A stretch of 64,000 nt of DNA from Escherichia phage ECCR664: the sequence record OL631257.1; one strand, given 5' to 3'. Both the position numbers and the translations under genes were made by a program. A model generated the notes under the pieces. That model worked only from the letters and a program-made list of their open reading frames with translations. It made no database searches and was not told where the DNA came from. Below are positions 33,151 through 42,911 of this stretch, piece after piece (within the stretch, counting starts at the first letter, position 1; each line of letters opens with the position of its first letter).

Positions 33151-33732
33151 CTAAAAATTCAACATTTTTAAATGAATGATTTTGTATAATCGAGATAAAG
33201 GGTCATATTCTAAGTCTTCAATTTCCACAATCTCAAATCTAGAGATACCCGAGACCATGTACTCTTGTTCAGATTCAATCATATCTAAGACGTCAACACG
33301 TGTTTCTTCCATAACGTGCTTAGGGGTCTTTCCAGCGAGTACAATGTTAACCATGTTTTGGTAGTAATCAAAAATGAATGGAGCATTCCTGAGACTAAGA
33401 ATAGTGTACGTCTGATATTCCCATCTCCCAGAGAATTGACGAGCTGTACTGAAATCAGTTGTGAACGATGTTACTCGTCCAGGAGACCAATGGCATCCAA
33501 CAGAAAGAAGGGAAAGACGTTCTACTTCTTCTGGAGTTACACCACGGTAGAGTTCTACTGGTACTGTAGAAGTCATATGCTTACGAACAAGATGGTCTAA
33601 TTCATAGTGGAAATCCGGGTCTTCCTTAGAATCGGTGCAAGCCCAGAGAATGTTTTGTTCTTGGCGGGTGAATTTGCTATCAATCAGATTTGTTAGGTAT
33701 TCGCGTTCTTGAAGTTCAGATTGACATGTCAT
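33151..33732 (-). CDS. modB: Putative ADP-ribosyltransferase ModB-like
   Basis: 193-aa ORF; ELYRGV (Arg), FSTAR (Ser-Thr), EQEYMVSG (Glu) resemble the R-S-E ART triad; paralog of 32563-33093. Confidence 0.45.
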   Translation of the reverse strand: MTCQSELQEREYLTNLIDSKFTRQEQNILWACTDSKEDPDFHYELDHLVRKHMTSTVPVELYRGVTPEEVERLSLLSVGCHWSPGRVTSFTTDFSTARQFSGRWEYQTYTILSLRNAPFIFDYYQNMVNIVLAGKTPKHVMEETRVDVLDMIESEQEYMVSGISRFEIVEIEDLEYDPLSRLYKIIHLKMLNF

Positions 33733-33947
33733 GATAGACCTCCATTTAAAGATAAGCCTATCATAACACGAGAGGAGGGAATGTAAACTACTTTTTAAGC
33801 TTTCCTACTAAAGGTCCATCAGGACCAGGTTGTTCTAACATGAATAACGATGCTTTAAAAAGCAATGTCAACCCTTTCACCATTCGATACCATATCTCAA
33901 AGTCTTTTCCTTGATTTCTAGTAAGAATTTCTCTTTAAATTTCTCTT

Positions 33948-34136
33948 TCATTTCCAAGGACTCCATGGTGGTGGGTCGTCATAATAAGAGGCAAGGTCTT
34001 TCAGGGCTTCGACAGGTAAACTAAAGCCGTGTCGTTGTATAATACTATCTAGTTCATCAACAAGTTCACTACGATGCACTTTAGGAGCCTCAACTTCAGG
34101 CTCGTCAAACATACTCATAAGGTCCATATTATTCAC
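33948..34136 (-). CDS. Hypothetical small acidic protein (62 aa)
   Basis: Intact ORF. Confidence 0.35.
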   Translation of the reverse strand: MNNMDLMSMFDEPEVEAPKVHRSELVDELDSIIQRHGFSLPVEALKDLASYYDDPPPWSPWK

Positions 34137-34231
34137 CGAGATAAAAACTAGCCGGTTCAGAAAATGTTTCTAGTGCTACACCTTTTGTCTTAAAAATTTC
34201 CAAATAGCTCGTTGCAAATGGATTAAATCTG

Positions 34232-34591
34232 CTAATGATGTAATAAAGTATTTTTGGCAAAATACTTATGGTCCCGCTTTTCAAACAGGTCTAAACGCTT
34301 TTCAGGATTCACATAAACGGCATTTTCCGTAGATTCGTACCCTAAATCCTTTATGCCTTCTTCAAGACTAAACGGAGAATTTTTAGAACGAGTAATAGCT
34401 CCAACTCGCTCTACACGAATTTTGTAACCTTTAGGAATCTGCAATTTGCAGAATTCTTCTACGATATATTGCGGATTATTTAGACTTTTGTTAATGAGAA
34501 TAGCTATTTCTAGTGGAGTCTTATCTTCTACTGGTATATGTTTAAACGACTTGGCTTCAAGCAAATACATTTTAAATAACATAGCATCCAT
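34232..34591 (-). CDS. Hypothetical protein (119 aa)
   Basis: Intact ORF; ATG overlaps upstream ORF stop. Confidence 0.4.
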   Translation of the reverse strand: MDAMLFKMYLLEAKSFKHIPVEDKTPLEIAILINKSLNNPQYIVEEFCKLQIPKGYKIRVERVGAITRSKNSPFSLEEGIKDLGYESTENAVYVNPEKRLDLFEKRDHKYFAKNTLLHH

Positions 34592-34797
34592 TATAATTTC
34601 CTCAATGGTTCACCCATATAAAGTTTTACAATACGTTCGCCTTCAAGTTCGACGAGCTTTTCTTCATGTTTCTGGAATTCTTTAGCCATATTCTCTTCAA
34701 GAACATCCAGCCAATCTTCTGGACCGACACCATCGTCCCAGCTTTTAAACCATTTAACTATCTTGTTCATTCGCAGCTCCCTGAGCTTGAACCACAA
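34591..34797 (-). CDS. Hypothetical protein (68 aa or shorter from MNKIVKWF)
   Basis: Intact ORF. Confidence 0.35.
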   Translation of the reverse strand: MWFKLRELRMNKIVKWFKSWDDGVGPEDWLDVLEENMAKEFQKHEEKLVELEGERIVKLYMGEPLRKL

Positions 34798-34979
34798 TCA
34801 GAATAACTTGACCCGGAATCACCAGGCCAAGACGATACGTATGAATGATTATAACTTGAAGAGCTTGAAGCATTAACCTGTTTTGTTTTTGGACGAACAA
34901 CTTCTTCCATCATTCCATCACCAATGTATTCCCAACTTTTTCGTGTGTATCAGGAATAGGCATCATACCTTCGCCTGGT

Positions 34980-35207
34980 TTAACAGCAAATAACTTCTTC
35001 AGTATCGTAAGCATTAATTGTTCCTCGAACAAAACGAACGCCACCGTCATCCCAGCGGATTTCGGCATTAAATTTGACGTCTTCACCATCCATCATGAAT
35101 GAGTGTACGACTACATCATCATAATATCCAAGACCGTATTTCAACGAAACTTCTTGAGCAATCAAAGCACCTAATGTGTTATTAGGTTTAATCCAACGAT
35201 TTAACAT
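34980..35207 (-). CDS. Hypothetical protein (75 aa)
   Basis: Intact ORF. Confidence 0.35.
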   Translation of the reverse strand: MLNRWIKPNNTLGALIAQEVSLKYGLGYYDDVVVHSFMMDGEDVKFNAEIRWDDGGVRFVRGTINAYDTEEVICC

Positions 35208-35270
35208 ATTGTTCTCCTCTTGAGTAAGTAAGAATATCTTAACACAGTTTTTAGTGGATGTAAACTATAG

Positions 35271-35298
35271 AAACGAAAAAGGAATCCCGAAGGATTCC
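35271..35298 (-). terminator. Intrinsic terminator (UUCG tetraloop) after soc
   Basis: Minus strand GGAAUCC-UUCG-GGAUUCC followed by UUUUUCGUUU. Confidence 0.7.
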
Positions 35299-35307
35299 TT
35301 AAATTAT

Positions 35308-35544
35308 TTAACCACTTACTGGTGTAGGGGTAAACATTGCAGCGTTCTTAGTACGCCAATCTGCTGCGTCAGTCACCACAGTAGTGTAAGCAGCTTTTTC
35401 AGACGGGAAAGTCTGATAATGAGAATCTGCAATCCGATGTTCGTTTGAATAAATCTCAAACGGTACAGAAACTTCCATACCTTTAACTTCTTTGCCTTCA
35501 CCAGCAGGATGCGTAAAGGTTTTGATGTTTACATAACCACCCAT
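35308..35544 (-). CDS. soc: Soc small outer capsid protein
   Basis: ...GYVNIKTF...HYQTFPSEKAAYTTV... matches T4 Soc; late promoter TATAAATA (minus) at 35576-35583. Confidence 0.8.
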   Translation of the reverse strand: MGGYVNIKTFTHPAGEGKEVKGMEVSVPFEIYSNEHRIADSHYQTFPSEKAAYTTVVTDAADWRTKNAAMFTPTPVSG

Positions 35545-35575
35545 AATTAACTCCTTTGTTGTTTAATTACAGGTG

Positions 35576-35583
35576 TATTTATA
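35576..35583 (-). promoter_or_regulatory. T4-type late promoter TATAAATA (minus strand) upstream of soc
   Basis: Plus-strand tatttata = minus-strand TATAAATA, about 30 nt upstream of soc ATG. Confidence 0.6.
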
Positions 35584-35589
35584 ACTTAA

Positions 35590-36108
35590 TTAGTAACCAT
35601 TATCCTGACGTTCAAAGTTGTGTTGATTTTTCAAGTAGTAAAGTTTAAAGATTTCTTCTGCTGTAAGACCAAGACCTTGGAACATGTTCAGAACGAAATG
35701 CAGAATATCAATCATTTCAAACTTAATTTCAAGCTGGTCTTCAGGAGACAGTTCATCGATACGACGATTTCGATATTCAGCATGTTGTGCTTTCCATGGC
35801 TTCCATACACTGCTGGCGGCTTTTTCACCATTGCTCATACCACCAAGTGAAGTCAGCAGTTCACGGAATTCATCATCAATATAATCTTTCTGATTACGCA
35901 GCCAATCAACAACATCACCAGCAGTAGCCAATTCATCAGGATGTTTGTTATGTTCAGGCTTGTCATTTGCCAGACGAACCTGTAAAGATTTCTGCATATC
36001 AAGCATTACCTGAAGTGGGTCTTTATCTTCGTGAATCAGAGCATTAAAATAAGCTTCTTCTGCTTTATCAACACCAGAAATAAGTTGTGAACATTCGTTA
36101 AAGTGTGC
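35590..36108 (-). CDS. 56: gp56 dCTPase/dUTPase (MazG-like)
   Basis: Start at MAHFNECSQL...; ...WLRNQKDYIDDEFRELL...EIKFEMIDILHFVLNMFQGLGLTAEEIFKLYYLKNQ, T4 gp56-like. Confidence 0.8.
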   Translation of the reverse strand, partial: AHFNECSQLISGVDKAEEAYFNALIHEDKDPLQVMLDMQKSLQVRLANDKPEHNKHPDELATAGDVVDWLRNQKDYIDDEFRELLTSLGGMSNGEKAASSVWKPWKAQHAEYRNRRIDELSPEDQLEIKFEMIDILHFVLNMFQGLGLTAEEIFKLYYLKNQHNFERQDNGY

Positions 36109-36199
36109 CATTATTTTTCCTTTCAATTCAGTATAAGAGAGTTAATTCTAACATTAATTTTATAAAGCGTAATAAATAATAGGTAACTAAGGAGATATT

Positions 36200-36396
36200 A
36201 TGTTTAAACTTACATCGTTAATCAACGCTATTAAAGGCAATAAAAGAAAACTGCTATCGCCGCAATAGTTGTAGGTGGCATTATTTCATGGAACTTCGGG
36301 ATTGCACCATTGTTAGTTGCCCATGGTATTATAGTTCCTTCTGTTCCATTGGATACTGTAGTTGATTTGGCCTTTGCTATTATAGGACTTGTTTAA
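36200..36396 (+). CDS. Possible small membrane protein on the plus strand (one frameshift in an A-run)
   Basis: RBS taaggagatatt then ATG; MFKLTSLINAIKGNK... then after frame repair ...TAIAAIVVGGIISWNFGIAPLLVAHGIIVPSVPLDTVVDLAFAIIGLV. Confidence 0.3.
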
Positions 36397-37415
36397 ATCT
36401 TCGAATAACGAGATAATCTCATTTTAGCATGCAACCCACTTGAAATATTCTGTTTCATATATTCTAAAATTTCTTGTGGTGTTGCATTTTCTTTCATTAC
36501 CATATCATTCACATCCTTTGATCTCCATGGAGCTCGGTCCCAGAACATAACACGTTCGCCTGCATCAACTAATCGCTTCATGCGAGCTATAGTATCCGGA
36601 TGCCTAGGTTCATTATCCATTACCCATACCCGACGTTCTTTAAATGGTACCACATCTAAATCTATTGAGCCGCCTGTGATAGCGATTGCATTGGGTATGA
36701 ATAAACTATCAATAGGGCCTTCCATTACCCAGACGTCTCCTTCCTTAACACGTTCAACACCATAAATTTTTGTTGCAGACTCAAAAGCTTTAATAGTGAT
36801 ATATTTTTGAGGAGCATCTTTGCGAAGTGCACGTCCTTGGAATGACTCGGCCTTCCCGTCTTTATTAAAAATAGGAATCACTAAACGCGGTTCGGGAATC
36901 TCTTTCTTATACGTACCAGGTTGAATCTTGTTGACCAATTTGGGCCATTCTAATGTGAACCATAATCTATTCCACGATTCTTTAGGAATACACCGAGACT
37001 TAACATATTTCACAATAGGATGCTCTTCAGGCAGCTTGTCCAGACGAGAACAAGACGGCAAAGAATTTATAGTCTTTTTCTCCGGTTCTGGTTTATGTTC
37101 AGGAACCTTTTCAATCTTTGGTTCCATTCTAGCTTTTTCTTTACGAACTTCCATTAGATACTCGCGATAAAGCTCTTCATCATACTCTTTTAAGTATCCG
37201 GAAATTGTATTGTGGTATTGACAGTTATAGCAATGTACATTACCAGGAGTACCGCCATAATACCATCCGCGAGCTTTCATTGCATCTGTCTGAGAGTCGC
37301 CACAAACTGGACAACGAAACGTTAATTTAAATGTGCTTGAATTATTGATTTGTCTAAAACGAGGTAGGTGAGAAAACGCACGATAAGCAAATTCATTATC
37401 TATCCATTCAGCCAT
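36393..37415 (-). CDS. 61: gp61 DNA primase
   Basis: Intact 340-aa ORF; zinc-binding CPVCGDS...CYNC and TOPRIM-like VMEGPIDSLF; T4 gp61-like throughout. Confidence 0.9.
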   Translation of the reverse strand: MAEWIDNEFAYRAFSHLPRFRQINNSSTFKLTFRCPVCGDSQTDAMKARGWYYGGTPGNVHCYNCQYHNTISGYLKEYDEELYREYLMEVRKEKARMEPKIEKVPEHKPEPEKKTINSLPSCSRLDKLPEEHPIVKYVKSRCIPKESWNRLWFTLEWPKLVNKIQPGTYKKEIPEPRLVIPIFNKDGKAESFQGRALRKDAPQKYITIKAFESATKIYGVERVKEGDVWVMEGPIDSLFIPNAIAITGGSIDLDVVPFKERRVWVMDNEPRHPDTIARMKRLVDAGERVMFWDRAPWRSKDVNDMVMKENATPQEILEYMKQNISSGLHAKMRLSRYSKI

Positions 37416-37454
37416 AGTATTCTCCAGAGGCCTTAAATTAATAAGGCCATCATA

Positions 37455-37949
37455 TCACAACTTATTGATATTTACTTTAATTCGCTTTCTTTTCTTGGAA
37501 GGAATTTGTTCTGGACCTTTATTTACGACTGCACCTGTAGTTGTTCCTGATGCAATAGCTTGAGGGCTGCCACCTGAATCACCAGCAACCATATCCTCAA
37601 ATAAAGGGAGTTCTTTAAATATTTCTTTCTGTTGTTCTTCAGTAATGTTATAGCGTGAAGCTACAGCGCTCCAAGCAGACATCATTGAGGCCATTCCATT
37701 AAGACCCGGAACAGTGCTCATCATTCGCTTCATTGAACGAACTGAAGCATGAAAAGGTGTATAAGCCGCTTTCTCTTCAGGAGTGGAAGGACGTTTAAGA
37801 ACACTTCCACGTTCGTCGATTATTTTGGCTTCGTACGCTTTCCATTCTGTAAAAGGTTTTTGCATTAGTCGAATAAACTTATATGCGTAAACAGAATCTA
37901 TTGCAGTGTTAATAATACCCATAGGTACCTCCTGAGTATATTTAATCAA
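37455..37949 (-). CDS. Hypothetical protein (164 aa; 61.1 position)
   Basis: Intact ORF. Confidence 0.4.
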   Translation of the reverse strand: MIKYTQEVPMGIINTAIDSVYAYKFIRLMQKPFTEWKAYEAKIIDERGSVLKRPSTPEEKAAYTPFHASVRSMKRMMSTVPGLNGMASMMSAWSAVASRYNITEEQQKEIFKELPLFEDMVAGDSGGSPQAIASGTTTGAVVNKGPEQIPSKKRKRIKVNINKL

Positions 37950-38139
37950 TCACAAAGATCGCTTTATCACCGTTCGCATCTGTGACTTCATATGTAGTGT
38001 CTTCATAGTGTGGAATATTCCAAATTACACCATCATTAGCTTTTACGCTAATATGGCATTGGTGTTTTGAAACAACTTCATAATCTTCAAAACTTGTAAA
38101 AACACTAATTTTAGAACCAGTGCAAATTGCAGTAGTCAT
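37942..38139 (-). CDS. Hypothetical protein (65 aa)
   Basis: Intact ORF. Confidence 0.35.
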   Translation of the reverse strand: MTTAICTGSKISVFTSFEDYEVVSKHQCHISVKANDGVIWNIPHYEDTTYEVTDANGDKAIFVID

Positions 38140-38247
38140 TTTAACCTCGATTCATAAATGCATTAAATATTTGGTCATCAACAGAAATTTCTAATTCGAC
38201 TTCAATTGCTTCAGCCTTTTCTTCAGGTGGTAATTCGTATCCACACA

Positions 38248-38799
38248 CTACAATTTTTCATCGATATCAAAATATACAGAAGCAATACGATTAATGTTAC
38301 TTTCAGTTAAGTCTAAATCAACATCAACATCTTTTTGACCTACACTTAAAGGATAACTAATACGGGTTATTTTATTATCTTTAACAAAGAGTCCACCAAC
38401 ATACTCTGTACTACGTTTGAAGTTTACACGTTTCCGAATTGAAAGATATGATACATCTTTACCGTGAGCTCGGCTCATAGGACATAATGAATAACTAGAA
38501 TAAGAGATATCAAATCCTACGCCTTCAACATGTGCCAGAGTATCATGAGTAAACCAATTATAGTCGTATGCCAAATCCATTATATTGTAATATGTGAAAG
38601 GCACAGGATTAACATCATATGTTGTACCTTTAAAATCTGCCCAGGCAACGATTTCGTTATCTTTAACAATTACAAAAATTACACCAATATGGTATCCATT
38701 ATTATTTTCATTCGGCGTTATATTATAACATTGTGCATTAGGAAATTTACCATATTTAAACGGCGCGTTTTTGTGCATATAATAAATCATATTATTCAC
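38248..38799 (-). CDS. Hypothetical protein (183 aa; 61.2 position)
   Basis: Intact ORF. Confidence 0.4.
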   Translation of the reverse strand: MNNMIYYMHKNAPFKYGKFPNAQCYNITPNENNNGYHIGVIFVIVKDNEIVAWADFKGTTYDVNPVPFTYYNIMDLAYDYNWFTHDTLAHVEGVGFDISYSSYSLCPMSRAHGKDVSYLSIRKRVNFKRSTEYVGGLFVKDNKITRISYPLSVGQKDVDVDLDLTESNINRIASVYFDIDEKL

Positions 38800-39085
38800 C
38801 TGTGATTTCGGTTACGATATCTTTGTTATCGAAATTAGGGTCACAATACAAAACATAGTTGTACTGCATGATACCGCCAGACTTAAGTTGTTCAACAACT
38901 TTATTAACCATATTAGGACGGTCTCGTTTAGTAATGTTCATGATATCAGCGAAGATTTGATGTTCAACATCTTCTTGATTTGCAGTCATTGACCACTCAC
39001 AGAGGTCTTTATCATAACCTGCCGTAACTGGAGCTGGTGCACACGATACTGCAAGTAAGATTGCTGCCAATGATAACTTTTTCAT
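38792..39085 (-). CDS. sp: Spackle (periplasmic superinfection-exclusion protein)
   Basis: 97-aa ORF with signal peptide MKKLSLAAILLAVSCAPAPVTA and ...GYDKDLCEWSMTANQEDVEHQIFADIMNI...SGGIMQYNYVLYCD, T4 Sp-like. Confidence 0.75.
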   Translation of the reverse strand: MKKLSLAAILLAVSCAPAPVTAGYDKDLCEWSMTANQEDVEHQIFADIMNITKRDRPNMVNKVVEQLKSGGIMQYNYVLYCDPNFDNKDIVTEITGE

Positions 39086-39111
39086 TTTAACTCCTTAGTT
39101 GATTTGATAGG

Positions 39112-39146
39112 ACTACTATACTATAGTCCATCTATAATGTAAACAA
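39112..39146 (-). promoter_or_regulatory. T4-type early promoter upstream of sp
   Basis: Minus strand GTTTAC-18 nt-TATAGT then RBS AGGAG and ATG at 39085. Confidence 0.55.
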
Positions 39147-39148
39147 GT

Positions 39149-39396
39149 TTATTCTTTTTCGCGAATAATAATTACTTGTTGAGGCTGCTGAGCAGATTTC
39201 TTTTCGGCAACGATAGACCAAATTAAAGTTCCAATCCAACCAATCATCGTCCAGTTAAAGAGTAAAGATACAAAGAAGATTGCTGTTGTGCTTTTGTGCC
39301 ACGAATAAGTGCGATTACCCAAGGCAACATGTAAATGATGATTGAACCAATACCTGCGATTAAAACTGCTACTGAACTAGCTACGAATAATTCCAT
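39149..39396 (-). CDS. Small inner-membrane protein (~80 aa, one frameshift)
   Basis: MELFVASSVAVLIAGIGSIIIYMLPWVIALIRGTKAQQQ... and after frame repair ...LLFNWTMIGWIGTLIWSIVAEKKSAQQPQQ. Confidence 0.35.
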
Positions 39397-39457
39397 GTTA
39401 ATTTCCTCTTGATTTGTTATGTTTATAATATCTTGTTTTAACTTTGGCGTAAACCAA

Positions 39458-39826
39458 TTAATTAAATTTGTTTAAACGTTCAACACACTGGACGTAGTTA
39501 TTCGCGATTTGTTTCTGGGTAGGCTCTTTACCAGTTGTTTCAACATAGCGAATGAATGCGATTTCAGTAGCCTGTAAGCAATGTTCTTTAACGCGTTGTT
39601 CTTTTGACAATGCTACAGTATCAGAGTCACGATAACGTTGAGCATGGGCATCAGCTTGAATCATTCGATTACCTACAGTAACCGGGTCTTCTACTTCAAC
39701 TTTAGGTTGGTTGTACTGTTTAACATTCGGGTTATAAATCAATTGACCAACATTATTAGGGATAAAGCCGTGAGCACCACATCCAGTTAATCCGAATACC
39801 ATTGCTAGAGCGATTAATTTTTTCAT
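39458..39826 (-). CDS. Predicted lipoprotein (122 aa)
   Basis: Signal peptide MKKLIALAMVFGLTGC with lipobox L-T-G-C. Confidence 0.5.
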   Translation of the reverse strand: MKKLIALAMVFGLTGCGAHGFIPNNVGQLIYNPNVKQYNQPKVEVEDPVTVGNRMIQADAHAQRYRDSDTVALSKEQRVKEHCLQATEIAFIRYVETTGKEPTQKQIANNYVQCVERLNKFN

Positions 39827-39886
39827 TTCAATTTCCTCTGTAGTTGATAAAAAGATAGTAACACAGTATGTGGTGCTTGTAAACAG

Positions 39887-40099
39887 CTATTTTAAACTTT
39901 TGCGAAATTTGCGTTTTTCTTGACGAATCTGACGTTTAGTCGGACGTACAGCAAATTTAACGAAGTCCACTTTGCCGTGAGGAAACTTTTCAGATGCTTC
40001 ACAGTCCATCATTAGTTCCCATCCTTCCAGAATAAGAGCTTTCCATTGTGTAGTTGATGCAAATTCGTATGTTGATGGTTTAAACACAGTTGAGTACAT
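39887..40099 (-). CDS. Hypothetical basic protein (~70 aa)
   Basis: ORF 39887-40138, start set at MYSTVFKPSTYEF. Confidence 0.3.
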   Translation of the reverse strand: MYSTVFKPSTYEFASTTQWKALILEGWELMMDCEASEKFPHGKVDFVKFAVRPTKRQIRQEKRKFRKSLK

Positions 40100-40100
40100 A

Positions 40101-40292
40101 TTATCCTCTGAAATCAGCTTCAAAAACTTTCTCGTCATTAATAAATGCTTTAACTAATGCATTGTTCACTTCAGCAAGTTGTACCGCAACCCACTCGATT
40201 TCTTCACGATCACCTGATAACATGATATCTTTAGTGAACATCTCGCCGCTTTTAAACCAGCCAATAAAAGTAACTTTAGTTAATTTGCCCAT
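40101..40292 (-). CDS. Hypothetical small protein (~63 aa); dmd is expected in this interval but cannot be assigned
   Basis: ORF 40101-40313, start set at MGKLTKVTFIGWFK. Confidence 0.3.
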   Translation of the reverse strand: MGKLTKVTFIGWFKSGEMFTKDIMLSGDREEIEWVAVQLAEVNNALVKAFINDEKVFEADFRG

Positions 40293-40596
40293 ATTTCCTC
40301 GCAAAATGCCCATTCAGCGTGATAAACTGTAGCACCTTTAGTATCATTCATTTGAACTACGTCTACCGGAGAAATTACTCGATAGAGACGTGGTTCACCT
40401 CCATAAGAGCGTGCTGCTCGTCCTGCATAAATCTTTGCTAAACCGATATCTTCAGTAAAGAATACACGATTCAAGTTTTTCTTACGTCCAATTTCAGACA
40501 GAACTCCTGTTTCTTCAGGAGGACAAAGCATATTTTCGATGTTAGCTGAACTACTTGAACCATGATAAAAATCTTAAATTCTGCTTTACAATCGAT
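40280..40596 (-). CDS. Hypothetical protein (~105 aa, one frameshift) with YHG(S) motif
   Basis: MKTIDCKAEFKIF..YHGSSSSANIE then ORF 40280-40531; preceded by early promoter at about 40620-40660. Confidence 0.3.
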
Positions 40597-40660
40597 GGTT
40601 TTCATTTTGTTCTCCAGTAGTTGATAGGTCTATAATAACACAACTACTGGAGAAGTAAAC

Positions 40661-41068
40661 TTAAAAATGTAATTTAGATATATCTGCGTTGATTTCGTTT
40701 TGGTTTGCGTCGTATGCAATTAAACGAACCGCTTTAGATGGGTCATTCAATGCATAGAAATGATGGAACATTGCTCGAACGATATCGCCATTTACAAGTT
40801 CTACCTGGATAGGAGAACCTTTTTCGAGTTGGAAATGTTCATAAGCTTTGATGGTTCGCAGATAATCAAGTTTTTGATTTCCGGCTCCAACAATTTGTAC
40901 GATACGTTTGCCCATGTTTTCCATACGAGATACAATAGTTTTAGGAGCAAGAATAACGTAGGTTGCCAGCGGAGAAACTACTTCAACAGTTGTGTTTTCG
41001 GTGATTGCAGTAAAATTGCTTGAGACATATTCATAATGTTTTCCTCTTGGTTGGTGTAAGTACATCAT
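40661..41068 (-). CDS. Hypothetical protein (135 aa)
   Basis: Intact ORF directly downstream of gene 41. Confidence 0.4.
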   Translation of the reverse strand: MMYLHQPRGKHYEYVSSNFTAITENTTVEVVSPLATYVILAPKTIVSRMENMGKRIVQIVGAGNQKLDYLRTIKAYEHFQLEKGSPIQVELVNGDIVRAMFHHFYALNDPSKAVRLIAYDANQNEINADISKLHF

Positions 41069-41090
41069 ATCATGCCTAGAGGAAGATGTA

Positions 41091-41106
41091 AACCCCGAAA
41101 GGAGAC
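41091..41106 (-). terminator. UUCG-tetraloop hairpin downstream of gene 41
   Basis: ggagac-cgaa-gtctcc; minus strand reads GGAGAC-UUCG-GUCUCC with a weak U tract. Confidence 0.45.
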
Positions 41107-41121
41107 CGAAGTCTCCTTTTA

Positions 41122-42562
41122 TTAAAATTTTAACTCATTGGCTAAGCTATCTAGGTCAGCACGTGTTGCTTTGGCTTTACCTACGCGTTCCGTACGATTC
41201 ACCTCTGCCTGACGCATCTGAGCACCTGCGTTTTCATTTACTGTGTTAGGTGTGTTCATGCCTTCTTGCTCAATCTCAACCCATTTCTGATTGCCTTTAC
41301 GTACACCCATCAAGAACTTGTTCCACTTATTCTTATCACCATATCGTGATTTGATTTGTTTGATAAGTTGTTGTTCAGCTTGTGCAAGTTCTTCAGTTTC
41401 AATTACAGCCAACATGAAATCTGCCGTTGCTGGTAAACCTGCTGATTCTGCAATATCGCTCATGTTCATGTCTGAAGCATCCCATGCTGCACGTCCTACT
41501 TGAGCTGCAGTCCATAGAACTGTTTCAGATTCTACTGCTAATGCACGAAGTTCTTCTGCGATAGCTTTAACTAATGTGTAACTATTTTCAGTGTAAACTC
41601 TGATACGACAAGACCCACAAATACCTAAGTAATCGACTATAATTACAGACGGCACAAAGTTCTTCTTGAGTTTCAATTCATTAAGCAATGCACGGAATGT
41701 ATTAGCATTAGCTCCGCCAGTAGGATACTGTTTGACTACTAAACGTCCTAATGTGGATTTTGAACGCCATTTTTCCATCTTGGCTTTATATTCAGCATAA
41801 GATACGTTACCATCATCGATATCATCAAGTGATACGTCAAGCATGTTTGCATCTATACGCTTAGCACAAACTTCTTCAGCCATTTCCATGGAAATATAAA
41901 GAACATTATGTCCTGTTTGAAGATAATCTGCAGCAAGTGAACAAAGGCCTAAAGATTTACCAACGTTAACACCTGCCATTAAAACATTCAGTGTACCGGT
42001 TTCAGCACCACCTTTGGTGATTTTATTCAGAATGTTTAATTTGAACGGGACCTTACGTGCTTTATTTAGATAAGAAAGCCAGCGTGCTTCATAGTCTTCC
42101 ATCCAGTCATGACCAACATAACTATCAAACGAAATTGAAAGTGCTTGACGCATAATATCAGGAATAGCTCCTACGTCAGGCATTTTCTTGTTACGTTGTT
42201 CTGGAGGTAGTTCAGCATTAGACTGAATCTCAATGATTTTGGATGTAGCATTATACATCGCTTTTGCTGGACATATTTCTCAGTTTCTTTAACCAACCAT
42301 TCGTGGTCTTCAGGAGTGTCAGCCAATTTTTCAATTAGGTCTGAAGTTCCTTTATATTCGGCTTCAGTTAAAGAACTGTTATCTAAAGCCACCTTTAATG
42401 CATTGATAGATGGCATTGCATTATATTCGTTAACGTGGCTCTTTATAATTTTAAAGACATTTTTGCCGGTCCACGCTCAAAATACTCAGAATCCATATAA
42501 GGCCAGACCTTAGAAAAATAAGCCTGGTCGTATACGAGATGAGACAAAATAATTTCTACCAC
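41122..42562 (-). CDS. 41: gp41 replicative DNA helicase (DnaB-like; frameshifted near N-terminus)
   Basis: N-terminal VVEIILSHLVYDQAYFSKVWPYMDSEYFE.GPAK; 378-aa fragment with Walker A GVNVGKS and ...IIVDYLGICGSCRIRVY...; ends ...DSLANELKF as in T4. Confidence 0.85.
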
Positions 42563-42911
42563 GATAACTCCTTAAAAGAATTTAAATTTTTCTTGGTTCG
42601 TTCATTAAAAGCTTGTTGTACCTGCATTGTAACACATTTTTCAACATGTGGTGCAAGTTCTGCTTTTCTGTCCTGGTCAAGAACTGCAAAGTCCATTACG
42701 ATTTTACCATCAACCCAGTCTAGTTTTGTAATATAGACTATATGATGGGAACCGTCTTCAAGTGTAATCAGAATCTCTTGAATGACATTTTCCATTGCTG
42801 AACGGATAATTTTAAGAGATTCATTAAACACTCGTTCTTTGCGAATGTCTTCCCTTCCGAAGAAGGGGATTCATCAACGATTTCTAGATTTAAATCATCG
42901 AGATTATTCAT
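42556..42911 (-). CDS. 40: gp40 head vertex assembly chaperone (one frameshift)
   Basis: Starts MNNLDDLNLEIVDESPSSEGKTFAKNE then continues as ORF 42556-42831; position between uvsX and 41. Confidence 0.55.

Noticed and set aside
36150-36200. Late promoter upstream of the plus-strand small ORF
   Set aside because: Sequence is TATAAAGC / AATAAATA, not an exact TATAAATA; left unannotated
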